This document shows positions 30,744 to 40,329 of a DNA stretch of 64,000 nt, piece after piece. The DNA is from an uncultured bacterium. Lineage in GTDB: Bacteria > Patescibacteriota > Patescibacteriia > CAIQCM01. Position 1 is the stretch's first letter, and every line of letters starts with the position of its first letter. The position numbers and the translations under genes are program-made. Below the pieces are notes generated by a model. It did not search any database. It was given only the letters and a program-made list of their open reading frames with translations, and was not told the DNA's origin. Where the stretch lies: assembly GCA_963708045.1 (NCBI GenBank), contig OY970181.1, positions 67,740-131,739 of the forward strand, read 5' to 3'.

Positions 30744-31268
30744 TCTTTTTCAAAATCTGCCCCGATAAATATCGGGGCAGATTTTTATTTAAAAAAATTA
30801 TCCACTTTTATTTATTACTGGAGGTGAAATAATATAAATAGGCTGTTGTGGTTGTTTTGCACCTTCAAAAAAAGTTCACTAGTCACCCCACCAAACCACA
30901 ACAACTAACAAGGAGAAAAACAATGGGCGGCGGGGGCTTCTGAGCAACAACAACTTTTTATTTCAAGAGAGGAGAGTGTTATGGATTAACGACTTGGAAA
31001 AAATGAAGACTGACGCGCTTGTCAAAATTCATTTTTTCTAAATGCTTAGAGCGTCCGCGTTCAAGAGAATCGGCCAATCAGCCGAACAAAAATTTAGCCA
31101 ACAGGTTAGACCGGTTTACAAAGCAATGACGACAGACGACAAAACGACGCTTGTTAAACTGTCCGAAAAATACTGCTTGCCGTGTCGCCTGAATTGGCAC
31201 TTTAAGCACCAAGGTTACGCGCTACAAGGGGAGAGGAAAAGTCCGACGACTTGCCACTCCCCTTTTCC

Positions 31269-32033
31269 TTATTCACTCGCCAGCCAAGCCAGATTAAAAA
31301 GACCGCGCATTGTTTGCGCAAAAGATTCGTGTTCAATAATCGCCCCAACGATTCCTTTATTATAAGAAAGAAAAGCGACGGTTTTTCCAAAAATGACAAC
31401 TTCCCCTTCAAAGGGGTATTTTTGTTTTGAAACGCGGCGGCGCTCCCACCCGACTTTATTTACCAAATTCTCCAATAGTTTTTTATTAAGCTCGTCCGAG
31501 CAAGTATAAAGAACGCGGCCAGAAACATTATAAAGATTTAAATTTTTATAATGTTCGCGCATATTTTCCGACGGGGCGGCGGCAGAGAAAGCGTCCATAT
31601 CCAAAGCGTTTAAAATCTCTTCGTGACGATTTTTGTAAAGAATTTCGCGCATTACCGCAAGACCATCAACGCCTTCATAATAGCGCACCGCCGGCCGCGC
31701 GGGCGAACCTTTTACGATCGCCTCCAGTTCAGGAAGCGCCGAGGTAAGCTTTTCGCGGCGCGCGACCAAAGTTTCGTTTTCTTTTTCTATTTTAGAAACA
31801 AGCAATGTCGGCGGCTCAGCGCAAAACTGTTTGCTTCCAGCGCGTTCCACGCCACTCATAAGCCCGCGACTCATTAAACTTTCGGCAATTAAATAGGTCG
31901 TACCACGATTAATGCCGGACTTTCGCGCGATCTGCACTGCCGTACCGCCGCCAAGCTCCAGCGAGGCCAAATAAACTTTTGCCTCTTTTTCGGAAAGACC
32001 GGCGCCATGCAGCGCTTCAACAAGTCTCACCAT
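31269..32033 (-). CDS. TrmB family transcriptional regulator
   Basis: GLSEKEAKVYLASLELG..IARKSGINRGTTY wHTH; VRYYEG..G. Confidence 0.9.
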   Translation of the reverse strand: MVRLVEALHGAGLSEKEAKVYLASLELGGGTAVQIARKSGINRGTTYLIAESLMSRGLMSGVERAGSKQFCAEPPTLLVSKIEKENETLVARREKLTSALPELEAIVKGSPARPAVRYYEGVDGLAVMREILYKNRHEEILNALDMDAFSAAAPSENMREHYKNLNLYNVSGRVLYTCSDELNKKLLENLVNKVGWERRRVSKQKYPFEGEVVIFGKTVAFLSYNKGIVGAIIEHESFAQTMRGLFNLAWLASE

Positions 32034-32045
32034 ATTTTTTATAAT

Positions 32046-32486
32046 TTAATAAGTCACGATCCGTTCGGTAGAATTTTTTCCGTGATTAAAATTCATCCAA
32101 GCGGCGCGTTTGGGAATTATTTTTTTCACTAAATCAGCCCACTCAATAACCGTTACCGTTTCTGGGTCTTCAAGTTTTTCACCAAGACCAATATTGATGA
32201 GCTCGCGTTCGTTCTTTATGCGATAAGCGTCAACGTGGCAAATAGCACGTAGCACGTGGCTCGTCGCACGTGGTTTTATATTGTAACATTTCATTAAAAG
32301 AAACGTTGGACTTTGGACAACTTGTTTAATGCCCAAAGCTTTTGCCAAACCTTTAACAAACGCAGTTTTTCCGGAACCAAGATCGCCGGTTAATGCCAAA
32401 ACCTCGCCGCCTTTTAAGGTCTTCGCAAACCTCGCCGCAAAAACTTGCATTTCTTTTGGAGATTTTATGATGATTTTTTTATCCAT
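32046..32486 (-). CDS. tsaE: tRNA t6A biosynthesis ATPase TsaE
   Basis: GDLGSGKT, SPTF, HVDAYR, VIEWAD. Start at MDKK. Confidence 0.95.
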   Translation of the reverse strand: MDKKIIIKSPKEMQVFAARFAKTLKGGEVLALTGDLGSGKTAFVKGLAKALGIKQVVQSPTFLLMKCYNIKPRATSHVLRAICHVDAYRIKNERELINIGLGEKLEDPETVTVIEWADLVKKIIPKRAAWMNFNHGKNSTERIVTY

Positions 32487-32525
32487 GTTATTTTCTACGT
32501 GCAACAGGCAACGTGCTACGCGCTG

Positions 32526-33542
32526 CTAAACCAGCTCCCAATTAGGATCGGCTTTGGCTTTGTTCCATAAAGTAAAATCCTTTTTGGCGGCGTGAAAATA
32601 TCCTGCTGTCCCGATCATCACCGCGTTGTCGGTGGTATATTTTCGCTGCGGCAAACGCAAAGTAATGCCCGGCAATTCTTTAACGCGCGCTTCAAGCGAC
32701 ATTCGTAAAAATTCGTTGGCAATAACTCCCCCGCCCACGATAATCGTTTTGACTTTAAATTTTTTTGCGGCGCGAATCGTTTTCTCTACCAATACTTCAA
32801 CAATCGCCGCTTGCACCGACGCGGCCATATCGTTTTTTAAATTTTTAATCCCCGATTTTGCGTCGCGAACACTATAAAGCACCGCTGTTTTAAGTCCGGC
32901 AAAACTAAATTCAAAATTATCTTCGCTAAGCATTGGCCGCGGCAATTTAAACGCTTGCGGATTCCCTTTTTCCGCGGCTTTGGCAATAGCGGGACCGCCC
33001 GGATAACCAAGGCCAAGCATCTGCGCTGTTTTGTCAAAGCATTCGCCGGCAGCATCGTCGCGTGTTCGCCCGATAAGTTTATATTTTCCGTGTCCGCGGA
33101 GGAGTAAAAGCTCGGTGTGTCCGCCCGAAACAATCAACCCAAGCGCCGGAAACTGCAATTCTTCCTTTTCATTAATAAGCGAAGAATATAAATGACCTTC
33201 AATATGATTAACCCGGACAAGCGGAATATCCCAAGCGTAGGAAAGGGTTTTTGCCGTTTCCAAACCAACCATCAATGACGAAAAAAGCCCCGGCCCTCCG
33301 GTCGCGGCAATAACATCAACTTTTGGTTTTATTTTAAAATCGCCGAGAAGCGTTTTAAGAAGCGGAATAATAACGCCAACATGTTCGCGCGCCGCAATTT
33401 CTGGAACCACCCCGCCGGTTAACGCGTGAATTTTCATCTGGGTTGCAACGAGCGATTCAATTTCTTTAACGCGCCCGCCATTTCCCTCCACCAAAGCAAC
33501 CGCGGTTTCGTCACACGATGTTTCTATCCCCAAAATTCTCAT
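32526..33542 (-). CDS. tsaD: tRNA N6-adenosine threonylcarbamoyltransferase TsaD
   Basis: ILGIETSCDET, NHIEGH, VSGGHT, DDAAGE.FDK, TDNAVMI. Confidence 0.97.
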   Translation of the reverse strand: MRILGIETSCDETAVALVEGNGGRVKEIESLVATQMKIHALTGGVVPEIAAREHVGVIIPLLKTLLGDFKIKPKVDVIAATGGPGLFSSLMVGLETAKTLSYAWDIPLVRVNHIEGHLYSSLINEKEELQFPALGLIVSGGHTELLLLRGHGKYKLIGRTRDDAAGECFDKTAQMLGLGYPGGPAIAKAAEKGNPQAFKLPRPMLSEDNFEFSFAGLKTAVLYSVRDAKSGIKNLKNDMAASVQAAIVEVLVEKTIRAAKKFKVKTIIVGGGVIANEFLRMSLEARVKELPGITLRLPQRKYTTDNAVMIGTAGYFHAAKKDFTLWNKAKADPNWELV

Positions 33543-33675
33543 AATTATTATATTCTATCACAAAATTAAACCACTTAGACAGACACCCCTTTTTCTAAGT
33601 TTATCCGATCGGATAAACTTAGAAAAAAACGAGGCCCGCCCAGGATGAGCAGGGCGGGCCGAGCGAAAGCGGCGG

Positions 33676-33924
33676 CTACTTTTTGTGCGAGATTCGGTAA
33701 CGAAACTCCGCAAACCAGCCTGGAGCGATCGTGCCGATACACAAGGTAATCGGAAACACAAAGGTCCCCACAATTGACGCCGCGAGAAGGATCTTTTCGG
33801 CGCGCGATTTGGGAAGACGTTTTTCGCGCCACATTCTTACCAAGTCGTAGATGACCGAAATGACCACAACAAACACGAACAAGTACAAGACGCCGATAAT
33901 AAACTGAGAAATGAACCTTCTATG
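33676..33924 (-). CDS. Small two-TM hypothetical protein
   Basis: AAAGGA SD before MHRRF; two hydrophobic helices. Confidence 0.55.
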   Translation of the reverse strand, partial: HRRFISQFIIGVLYLFVFVVVISVIYDLVRMWREKRLPKSRAEKILLAASIVGTFVFPITLCIGTIAPGWFAEFRYRISHKK

Positions 33925-34079
33925 CATTTTTAGTCCTTTCCCAAAGGTACGGTTGTCACGCAAAATAATAGCTCCAGCCGCACGTTTTGTCAACGGACAG
34001 GACTCGGCCTAATTGCCTTTTTAAAAACGTTGATATAAGATGCGGGCAGCACATTTTATCAACTTTTTGGAGGTTTAAC

Positions 34080-34886
34080 ATGCCCGACGAACATCAATTG
34101 ATGCCAATCGGCCGGGCGCGTTTAATCGCCCTCGGCAGCGAAACTGGACGACTTGGCGAACCAACAAAGATGCCTGGTCCCTCTTTCGGCATATCGGCCA
34201 CGCACTGCATACGCGGAAAAGTTCTTGCCGCCGACCCGACGTCCGTCTGCGCCCATTGCTACGCTCTCACCAACTATTATCTGACCAAAGACGAGGTCCT
34301 AATTGCGCACAAACGACGGTTTGCCGGGCTTACGCATCCAGAATGGGTGCCGGCCATGGTGGCGCTAATTTTGCACGAGACCACAAACGAGTTTGGGAAA
34401 TATTTCCGTTGGCACGACTCTGGCGACCTCCAAGGTATTTGGCACCTCTTAAACATCGTCAAGGTCTGCATAGAGACGCCGCGAGTAAGGCACTGGCTTC
34501 CGACCCACGAGCCGAACATGGTCGCTGATTATCTCAAGCTCGTCCATTACGGTGTCCACCCAGCGTTTCCGGAAAACCTCTGCCTTCGTATTAGCGCCGA
34601 CTACATTGGGAAGCCGCCAAAAAAAATCGCAGGTCTGGAAATGATCCCAACGCACACGGCGCATCGCGGACACGGAAAACAATACCGCGTTAAGGTGTCC
34701 GACCGTCTCGGCGATTCGTTTGAGTGCGACTCCTACACGCGCGCCAAAAAAAAGGGCACCGCTGGTTTTTGCGGCGACTGTCGCGCCTGTTGGAACAACC
34801 GCATAAAAAACGTTTCGTTTCCGGTTCACGGAGAAAAATGGGACAAATATCAGCTTAGGTTGTTTCCGCTGTCCCCAACCAGATAA
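34080..34886 (+). CDS. Phage GP88-like Cys-rich (putative Fe-S) protein
   Basis: KMPG.SFGI, C..G...VCAHCYA, YFRWHDSGDL, HWLPT.E, CGDCRACW. GGAGG SD before ATG 34080. Confidence 0.75.
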   Translation: MPDEHQLMPIGRARLIALGSETGRLGEPTKMPGPSFGISATHCIRGKVLAADPTSVCAHCYALTNYYLTKDEVLIAHKRRFAGLTHPEWVPAMVALILHETTNEFGKYFRWHDSGDLQGIWHLLNIVKVCIETPRVRHWLPTHEPNMVADYLKLVHYGVHPAFPENLCLRISADYIGKPPKKIAGLEMIPTHTAHRGHGKQYRVKVSDRLGDSFECDSYTRAKKKGTAGFCGDCRACWNNRIKNVSFPVHGEKWDKYQLRLFPLSPTR

Positions 34887-34976
34887 TGAATTAACCCTCG
34901 CATACGGCCGCCCGGAAAGCGGCCGTATTAAATTTTATAAAAAATAAAGCCGCATCTTCTCCCAAAGATGCGGCGG

Positions 34977-36008
34977 CTAGAATGGAACTTCTTCCTGCTC
35001 CCCTTTGGGAAGCCAAGTTCGCGACGTTGGTTTTGGTTTCTGAATCGGTTGCTGATGAACTTCAATGGTTGAGTAGCGTCCGTTGTGCCTGACCATCCGC
35101 AAATAAGTATCTCCAATGCGCTCGGCTTGATTGGGCAAAACGTTTTCTATGGCTCTTGAAAAAATCGGACTTGGTTCGCCGATCGCTTCAAGAATCCGAT
35201 CCAAACAAAACCGCACGGGACGATGCTTTTTACCCTCACCTTTCCTCATCAACTCAGCCAAGAGCCGCACCCTTTCATGAATGAGCAGCCGGTCAATTGA
35301 CGCCTTGGCAATCGCGGCATTGTGTTGTTTCCAAAAACCATGACTAGTACGCCGCGACAACTTATAGCGTGACATTAGCAAGCCGAGGAAACGAGCCATT
35401 TTTGGAATTTTTTCCTTGGCCAGAGGAGACAGCTCCCATTCGGCCCAAAGCACGTCCGCCATTAAATACTGGTCGGTGTACGGGATTGAGAAACGAATCC
35501 CGTTCGTTACCTCAACGTACGCCCGGCGCGTTTCCACTTTTTTTCTCCGATGAGAAAAGCTCGAGACAGAGGTTAAGATTTTTCTTGGGTTTTCTGGCGT
35601 TCCACATTGCCAGTTAGCCATCCGTGCTTTGGTAAGCTCGCGGATGATCCGAAAAATCTCAGGCGCTACCGCCGTATATTGTTCCAATGTGGGCCAAAAC
35701 CATTTACGGCGCTTTGGTATTTGCCGCGATTCACCGGCGCGATAACTGCCCTTGGTTTTGTTGGCGGCCGCATAAGGACGCCCACGGCTTACGCCAACCT
35801 CAAGCAGAACTGCTTCGTTATAATTACAACCGCCAAAACTTCCCGGACCAATAACGGCAATCACTGAAAGCCCAGAGCGTCCGCGGCGATAATCCACGCG
35901 CAGTTTGTTGCGCTGATCAAGCGTAATCACGACGAGCGCGTTTTCACGAACCCGACAAACGTCGCCTTCAACAAGAAGCGCGACGCGTTTGGAATTTGTC
36001 CAAAGCAT
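34977..36008 (-). CDS. Hypothetical basic protein
   Basis: 343-aa ORF, AAGGAGG SD, C-terminal EEVPF. Confidence 0.7.
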   Translation of the reverse strand: MLWTNSKRVALLVEGDVCRVRENALVVITLDQRNKLRVDYRRGRSGLSVIAVIGPGSFGGCNYNEAVLLEVGVSRGRPYAAANKTKGSYRAGESRQIPKRRKWFWPTLEQYTAVAPEIFRIIRELTKARMANWQCGTPENPRKILTSVSSFSHRRKKVETRRAYVEVTNGIRFSIPYTDQYLMADVLWAEWELSPLAKEKIPKMARFLGLLMSRYKLSRRTSHGFWKQHNAAIAKASIDRLLIHERVRLLAELMRKGEGKKHRPVRFCLDRILEAIGEPSPIFSRAIENVLPNQAERIGDTYLRMVRHNGRYSTIEVHQQPIQKPKPTSRTWLPKGEQEEVPF

Positions 36009-36143
36009 TTAGAGCCTCCTTGTTGAAATTGGTTTAAAAATTCAAAGACCTGCCCTATTCTTCTCAAAAAAAACGACAAAAGTCAACACCTTGACAAAAA
36101 GACCGTTTTGCGGTTAGATAGCAAGTTAGAAAGGAGGATGTCA

Positions 36144-36524
36144 ATGAGATACCACCGCCGGACGCGTATCTTATGCGTCCTCTTCTCAACCGTGCTCACC
36201 GCTCTTTCTGTGTTATTTTTCTTGTTCAGTTATACTACTGGGGCAATCGTTTGCGCGATCATTCCGAATATATTCGTTGCTTACTTTATGTGGATTACCT
36301 TTTCCACATATCGGGAAGCACAGGCTCTAAAAAACGAGTCTGAAAAACGCATCGCTGAAGCCGATGAAGTGACGCAGGCAGCGCTTCGTTCTAGCGCAAC
36401 CTTCCGACTATTGGCCGAGGAACTTCGTCGGGGGAAAAAAGAAACCCACGGACAAGAAACAACACCGCGCCCGCGTCAAGAAACAAAAAAACGTGGGCCT
36501 GGTCAAAACCGCTATGAGAACTAA
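36144..36524 (+). CDS. Hypothetical two-TM protein
   Basis: AAGGAGG SD upstream, two TMs then coiled coil. Confidence 0.65.
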   Translation: MRYHRRTRILCVLFSTVLTALSVLFFLFSYTTGAIVCAIIPNIFVAYFMWITFSTYREAQALKNESEKRIAEADEVTQAALRSSATFRLLAEELRRGKKETHGQETTPRPRQETKKRGPGQNRYEN

Positions 36525-36679
36525 AACGCGACACCTTTTCGGGGGTGTCGCGTTAAACTTTTTATAGACAAAATTATCGGCGCGTATTGACAAAATTGTA
36601 TTTAAGCGTATTTTACAGTCAAACGAGATCATTTAAAAAAAATCCGTTTGAGCAGGGTACCGCAAGCAAAGGGGGAAGG

Positions 36680-37067
36680 TATGATTCACGAAGAACATCC
36701 GACCAAAGTTTTGTTCATAGATGAAACAAATGAGCGCGACGGGTCAGATCACCACATCTACAAAGCCGTTCCTTTTGACGCCGATCGCGACGCGCATTTA
36801 GCAAACAAGTTTCTCTACTGGCCAGCATCGGCTTTGTCTAATGGCCAAGCGATCCTCGCCGTCGGCTCATGCGCTAAATCACTCATGAGTCATCCGTTTC
36901 TTCTAGACAGACTCATTCGCCTTGCTATTATTAAGGAGGGGCAAATACCAACTGCCGCCGGGGATTTTAGAGACGGCAAGATCGCGAGTTGGGAAAGCAC
37001 TTGCTTTGAGATTGAGACGCCATGCGAACTAATGCCCGTGATTACCGAAGCACTTGGCCTTGGCTAA
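36680..37067 (+). CDS. Hypothetical protein
   Basis: ORF (MIHEEH) downstream of a TTGACA promoter-like site near 36588; start uncertain. Confidence 0.6.
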
Positions 37068-37102
37068 ACCAGAGATTCAAAACCCAGACAGGGAGTACTC
37101 AG

Positions 37103-37456
37103 ATGAAACTAGACGATGAAACCTTTGTGCCGTTTATCGGTGGACAGCTTGAAGCCCAAGATCACCGAGGACAATCACTCAAGCGCGGCGAAATTGCGGC
37201 GGTTAATATGACGGGAGATTTGGTCGCAGTAATCTTCAGCCAGTGCGTCCGAATGGAAAACGGGAAGTGGGTTCGCGAACAAAATCTTGTTCATTGTATT
37301 CACACCAACCTTTGCGACGCGAGCGTGATTCCTGGCAGGCGGCTCCTAATTCAACTAACGTCCACAACGGTCAAAACGGCTTCGCACTCAAGCATCTTCT
37401 ATCCCAAGGACTCCGCAATGGGACTGTTTGATTTCAGCTCCGTCGTGGCGTCCTAG
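37103..37456 (+). CDS. Hypothetical protein
   Basis: GGGAG SD before MKLDDETF. Confidence 0.6.
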   Translation: MKLDDETFVPFIGGQLEAQDHRGQSLKRGEIAAVNMTGDLVAVIFSQCVRMENGKWVREQNLVHCIHTNLCDASVIPGRRLLIQLTSTTVKTASHSSIFYPKDSAMGLFDFSSVVAS

Positions 37457-37601
37457 TAACCAAGCGCACTCGTGTCTGCCTAACGCAGACGCGACAAAGA
37501 GCACGCTCTTTGCCACCGAGCGCGCTTTTTGTTTTAAACAAATCCCACCCCGATATATATCGGGGTGGGATTTGTTTATTATTTGTTTGCGATTTTATTT
37601 T

Positions 37602-38465
37602 TTACCAGCCTATCTTTGTTTTGTCGTCTTCGTTTGAGGCAATATTTTTAGGCATATTCCTCGCGATATATTTTTGTGATTCATTAAGCTGCGCTTCTTT
37701 TGTTTTTATTTTTTTTGCATTGTCCTTGAGCAAAGACGCAATTACGGCTAATGATTTATCAAGGTCGGCCATTTCGTCGCTGCCTATTTTTATATTTTCG
37801 TCATAATTACCTTCACCGATTTTCTTAATGGATTCGGTTAAACGCTGCATAGGCTCAACCATTTTATTTGCACAAAAACGCGCGTATAAAAAGCTTCCCA
37901 AAACCGCCGCTAAGCACAAAATTAAACCAACCATCTCACTCCAAAATTTTGTTTTTTTAATATCGGCTTGCGCGGTTTCCACGCTTTCTAATTCTTTGAG
38001 GAGCAAGGTGCCGGTATTTTCCCTGACAAAATTATTATCTTGCGCCGCTTTTAAGTAGTAGGAGGTAACTTCGGAAAAATTACCGGCGGAAATATTTTCA
38101 ACGCCACTATTTACTTCGCTAATCACTAGATTAATTGTATTCTTTACGCCCAAATAAACCGTCCAACTAGCGCCATCAGCCAAACTCTTGTCCAATTTTC
38201 CCAAAAGCGTTTGCAGTTTACTTAGGTTGCCCTGAAAAGCCAATACCCTTTCCCGATCGTTGCTGTACTGGATTAAATCGTAAAACGAATTAACCACATC
38301 GGTCGTGTCTTTGCTTAATTGGTATTCCGAAACCATATTATCCGTAATCCGCTGATATTTGTCGGTTACAATAAAGTGGGTGACGACAAAAAATATCTCG
38401 GAGATAAGCAAAAATGAGATTACGGTTAAAAACGCTTTTATGATTTTCTTTTTCATGATCTGCAC
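37602..38465 (-). CDS. Membrane sensor fragment (TM-extracellular helical bundle-TM-HAMP), no kinase domain
   Basis: Two TMs, HAMP motif PMQRL...IGEGNY....SDEMADL, ends shortly afterwards. Confidence 0.75.
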   Translation of the reverse strand: MQIMKKKIIKAFLTVISFLLISEIFFVVTHFIVTDKYQRITDNMVSEYQLSKDTTDVVNSFYDLIQYSNDRERVLAFQGNLSKLQTLLGKLDKSLADGASWTVYLGVKNTINLVISEVNSGVENISAGNFSEVTSYYLKAAQDNNFVRENTGTLLLKELESVETAQADIKKTKFWSEMVGLILCLAAVLGSFLYARFCANKMVEPMQRLTESIKKIGEGNYDENIKIGSDEMADLDKSLAVIASLLKDNAKKIKTKEAQLNESQKYIARNMPKNIASNEDDKTKIGW

Positions 38466-38476
38466 GAAGAGAGAGT

Positions 38477-39523
38477 TTATTTTGACGGTTGGTTGAAAAT
38501 AGCGCTATAGCTTTGGAAGCCGTCTTTTACGACCGTGGCCATTATATTGTCTTTATTCACAATAATCGGGTCAAGTAAAAACGAAGGAACGTCAATTTTC
38601 CCATTGTTCACAATGTTGTTTGTTTGCGGCGTTTCTCCTTTGGCCAAGGCGACAGCCATTTCCGCCGCCTTGTTGGCCAAAGACTTAATCGGCTTATAAA
38701 CCGTAGCTGTCTGTGTGCCGGCAATAATTCTTTGGCAAGCGGCCAAATCGGCATCCTGTCCAGAAACCGGAATTTTTCCAGCCAAGCCTTTTTCTTGCAA
38801 AGCTTTGATTACACCGTAAGCCATTCCGTCGTTGGCCGAAACAACAGCGTCCAACGTTTTTCCTGTGGCCAGATAATTCTTAATGGTTTGATAAGCCTCG
38901 GTTGGATCCCAGTTATTCATAAACTTATCAATCACCAATTTTATCTCGCCGCTTTTAATTTTTGCGTCCAAAACAGCCATAGAACCTTGTTTAACCAAGT
39001 AGGCGTTATTGTCCGATGGCGAGCCGCCGATGTAGGCAAAATTTCCTTTGGCTACTTTTCCAAAAACGCTTTGCGCTTCTAATTTACCGACCTGAACATT
39101 GTCAAAAGACACATACAAATCCAAATCGCTATTTTTAATCATTCGGTCGTAGGCAATAACTTTTGCGCCCGCGGCATGGGCTTCTTCTACAACTGGACCT
39201 AATTTTTCCGAATCAGCAGGCACGACAACGATTACTTTGACTCCTTGGCTGATCAAATTTTTAATTTGATTAATTTGCGCTTCCGCGTTGTTTGAAGAAA
39301 CCTCGTTGACTACTCCGCCAAGCGCAGTAACTTGTTCTTTAAACAATGCCGTATCTGTCATCCATCGTTCTTCCAAAGTACTGCCTAAAGAAAAACCAAT
39401 AATGATCGGCGCCGCTTTTTTGGCGGTGTCACCAGATCCTTTTAATAAGATTGTCCGACTGACCCAGAAAGCACCGCCCGCGACAACGACGAGCAAAACT
39501 AAAATCGCAATGATTCTTTTCAT
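38477..39523 (-). CDS. XylF/ChvE-like sugar-binding protein
   Basis: EERW..D, VIAYDRMI, VSFDNVQVG, GGSPSDNNA, VSGQDAD, TVYKPI. Confidence 0.88.
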   Translation of the reverse strand: MKRIIAILVLLVVVAGGAFWVSRTILLKGSGDTAKKAAPIIIGFSLGSTLEERWMTDTALFKEQVTALGGVVNEVSSNNAEAQINQIKNLISQGVKVIVVVPADSEKLGPVVEEAHAAGAKVIAYDRMIKNSDLDLYVSFDNVQVGKLEAQSVFGKVAKGNFAYIGGSPSDNNAYLVKQGSMAVLDAKIKSGEIKLVIDKFMNNWDPTEAYQTIKNYLATGKTLDAVVSANDGMAYGVIKALQEKGLAGKIPVSGQDADLAACQRIIAGTQTATVYKPIKSLANKAAEMAVALAKGETPQTNNIVNNGKIDVPSFLLDPIIVNKDNIMATVVKDGFQSYSAIFNQPSK

Positions 39524-39706
39524 ATTCTTTTTTAAAGAAATATTATTTAGAAGAAATTTTTATAAAATTGTTCAGGCGCGAACTAAATAACTAAATACAG
39601 ATAAATTCACTATTTATTATACCACTTTTTTAGGTGCAAGACAATAACCTTTATTAACCATCGTTTAAAACCAAAGAACAGTACTATTGTGATATAATTT
39701 ATTTCT

Positions 39707-40201
39707 ATGATGGCCAATTTTAAAAAAGGCTTTACCTTAATTGAGCTATTGGTTGTAATTGCAATCATCGGCCTGCTTTCAACAATCGCCGTTATCTCGC
39801 TTAGTAATACTAGGGTCAAAGCTCGGGACGCCAAACGCGCCGCTGATATGCGCCAAATATTGACTGCGCTTAATCTTTACCAAGACCAGTACGACTGTTT
39901 GCCAATTACCAACCTTTCCACTTGTCCGGGGAATGGTGGTTATAGTGAATGGAACGCGGGCGCGTGGGATTATAGTTCGCAGGGCGGATTCCTAACTTTT
40001 CTGCAAACGTCTGGAATTATGTCCAAGGTACCCGTTGACCCGATCAACAATATGACCGGCGACGGCACCCCCGCCGGCAGTTATTCTTATAGATATTTTT
40101 GTTATCCTTCTGGACCGCATTTGGTTTATTTTAGAGAGTCTGATTATACCCAGATCGGCGTACTCGTAACAGGAACCGACTCTGGTTACGTCTGCAAGTA
40201 A
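39707..40201 (+). CDS. Type IV pilin/pseudopilin
   Basis: KGFTLIELLVVIAIIGLL class III signal; KARDAKR; VPVDP. Confidence 0.92.
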   Translation: MMANFKKGFTLIELLVVIAIIGLLSTIAVISLSNTRVKARDAKRAADMRQILTALNLYQDQYDCLPITNLSTCPGNGGYSEWNAGAWDYSSQGGFLTFLQTSGIMSKVPVDPINNMTGDGTPAGSYSYRYFCYPSGPHLVYFRESDYTQIGVLVTGTDSGYVCK

Positions 40202-40329
40202 AAATACCGCCCCGATGGCCATCGGGGCGGTATTTTTATAATCTTGGGAACCGATAGTTGACCAGAAGAGGGTTTTCTGTTATGTTGTTCTGAACAAAAT
40301 CGCCAGTAACGATTTTGGGGGAGGAACAA

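Noticed and set aside
35840-35865. VIGPGSFGG as a TsaB motif near tsaD/tsaE
   Set aside because: The rest of the protein lacks TsaB features (no N-terminal IDTS strand); probably coincidence.
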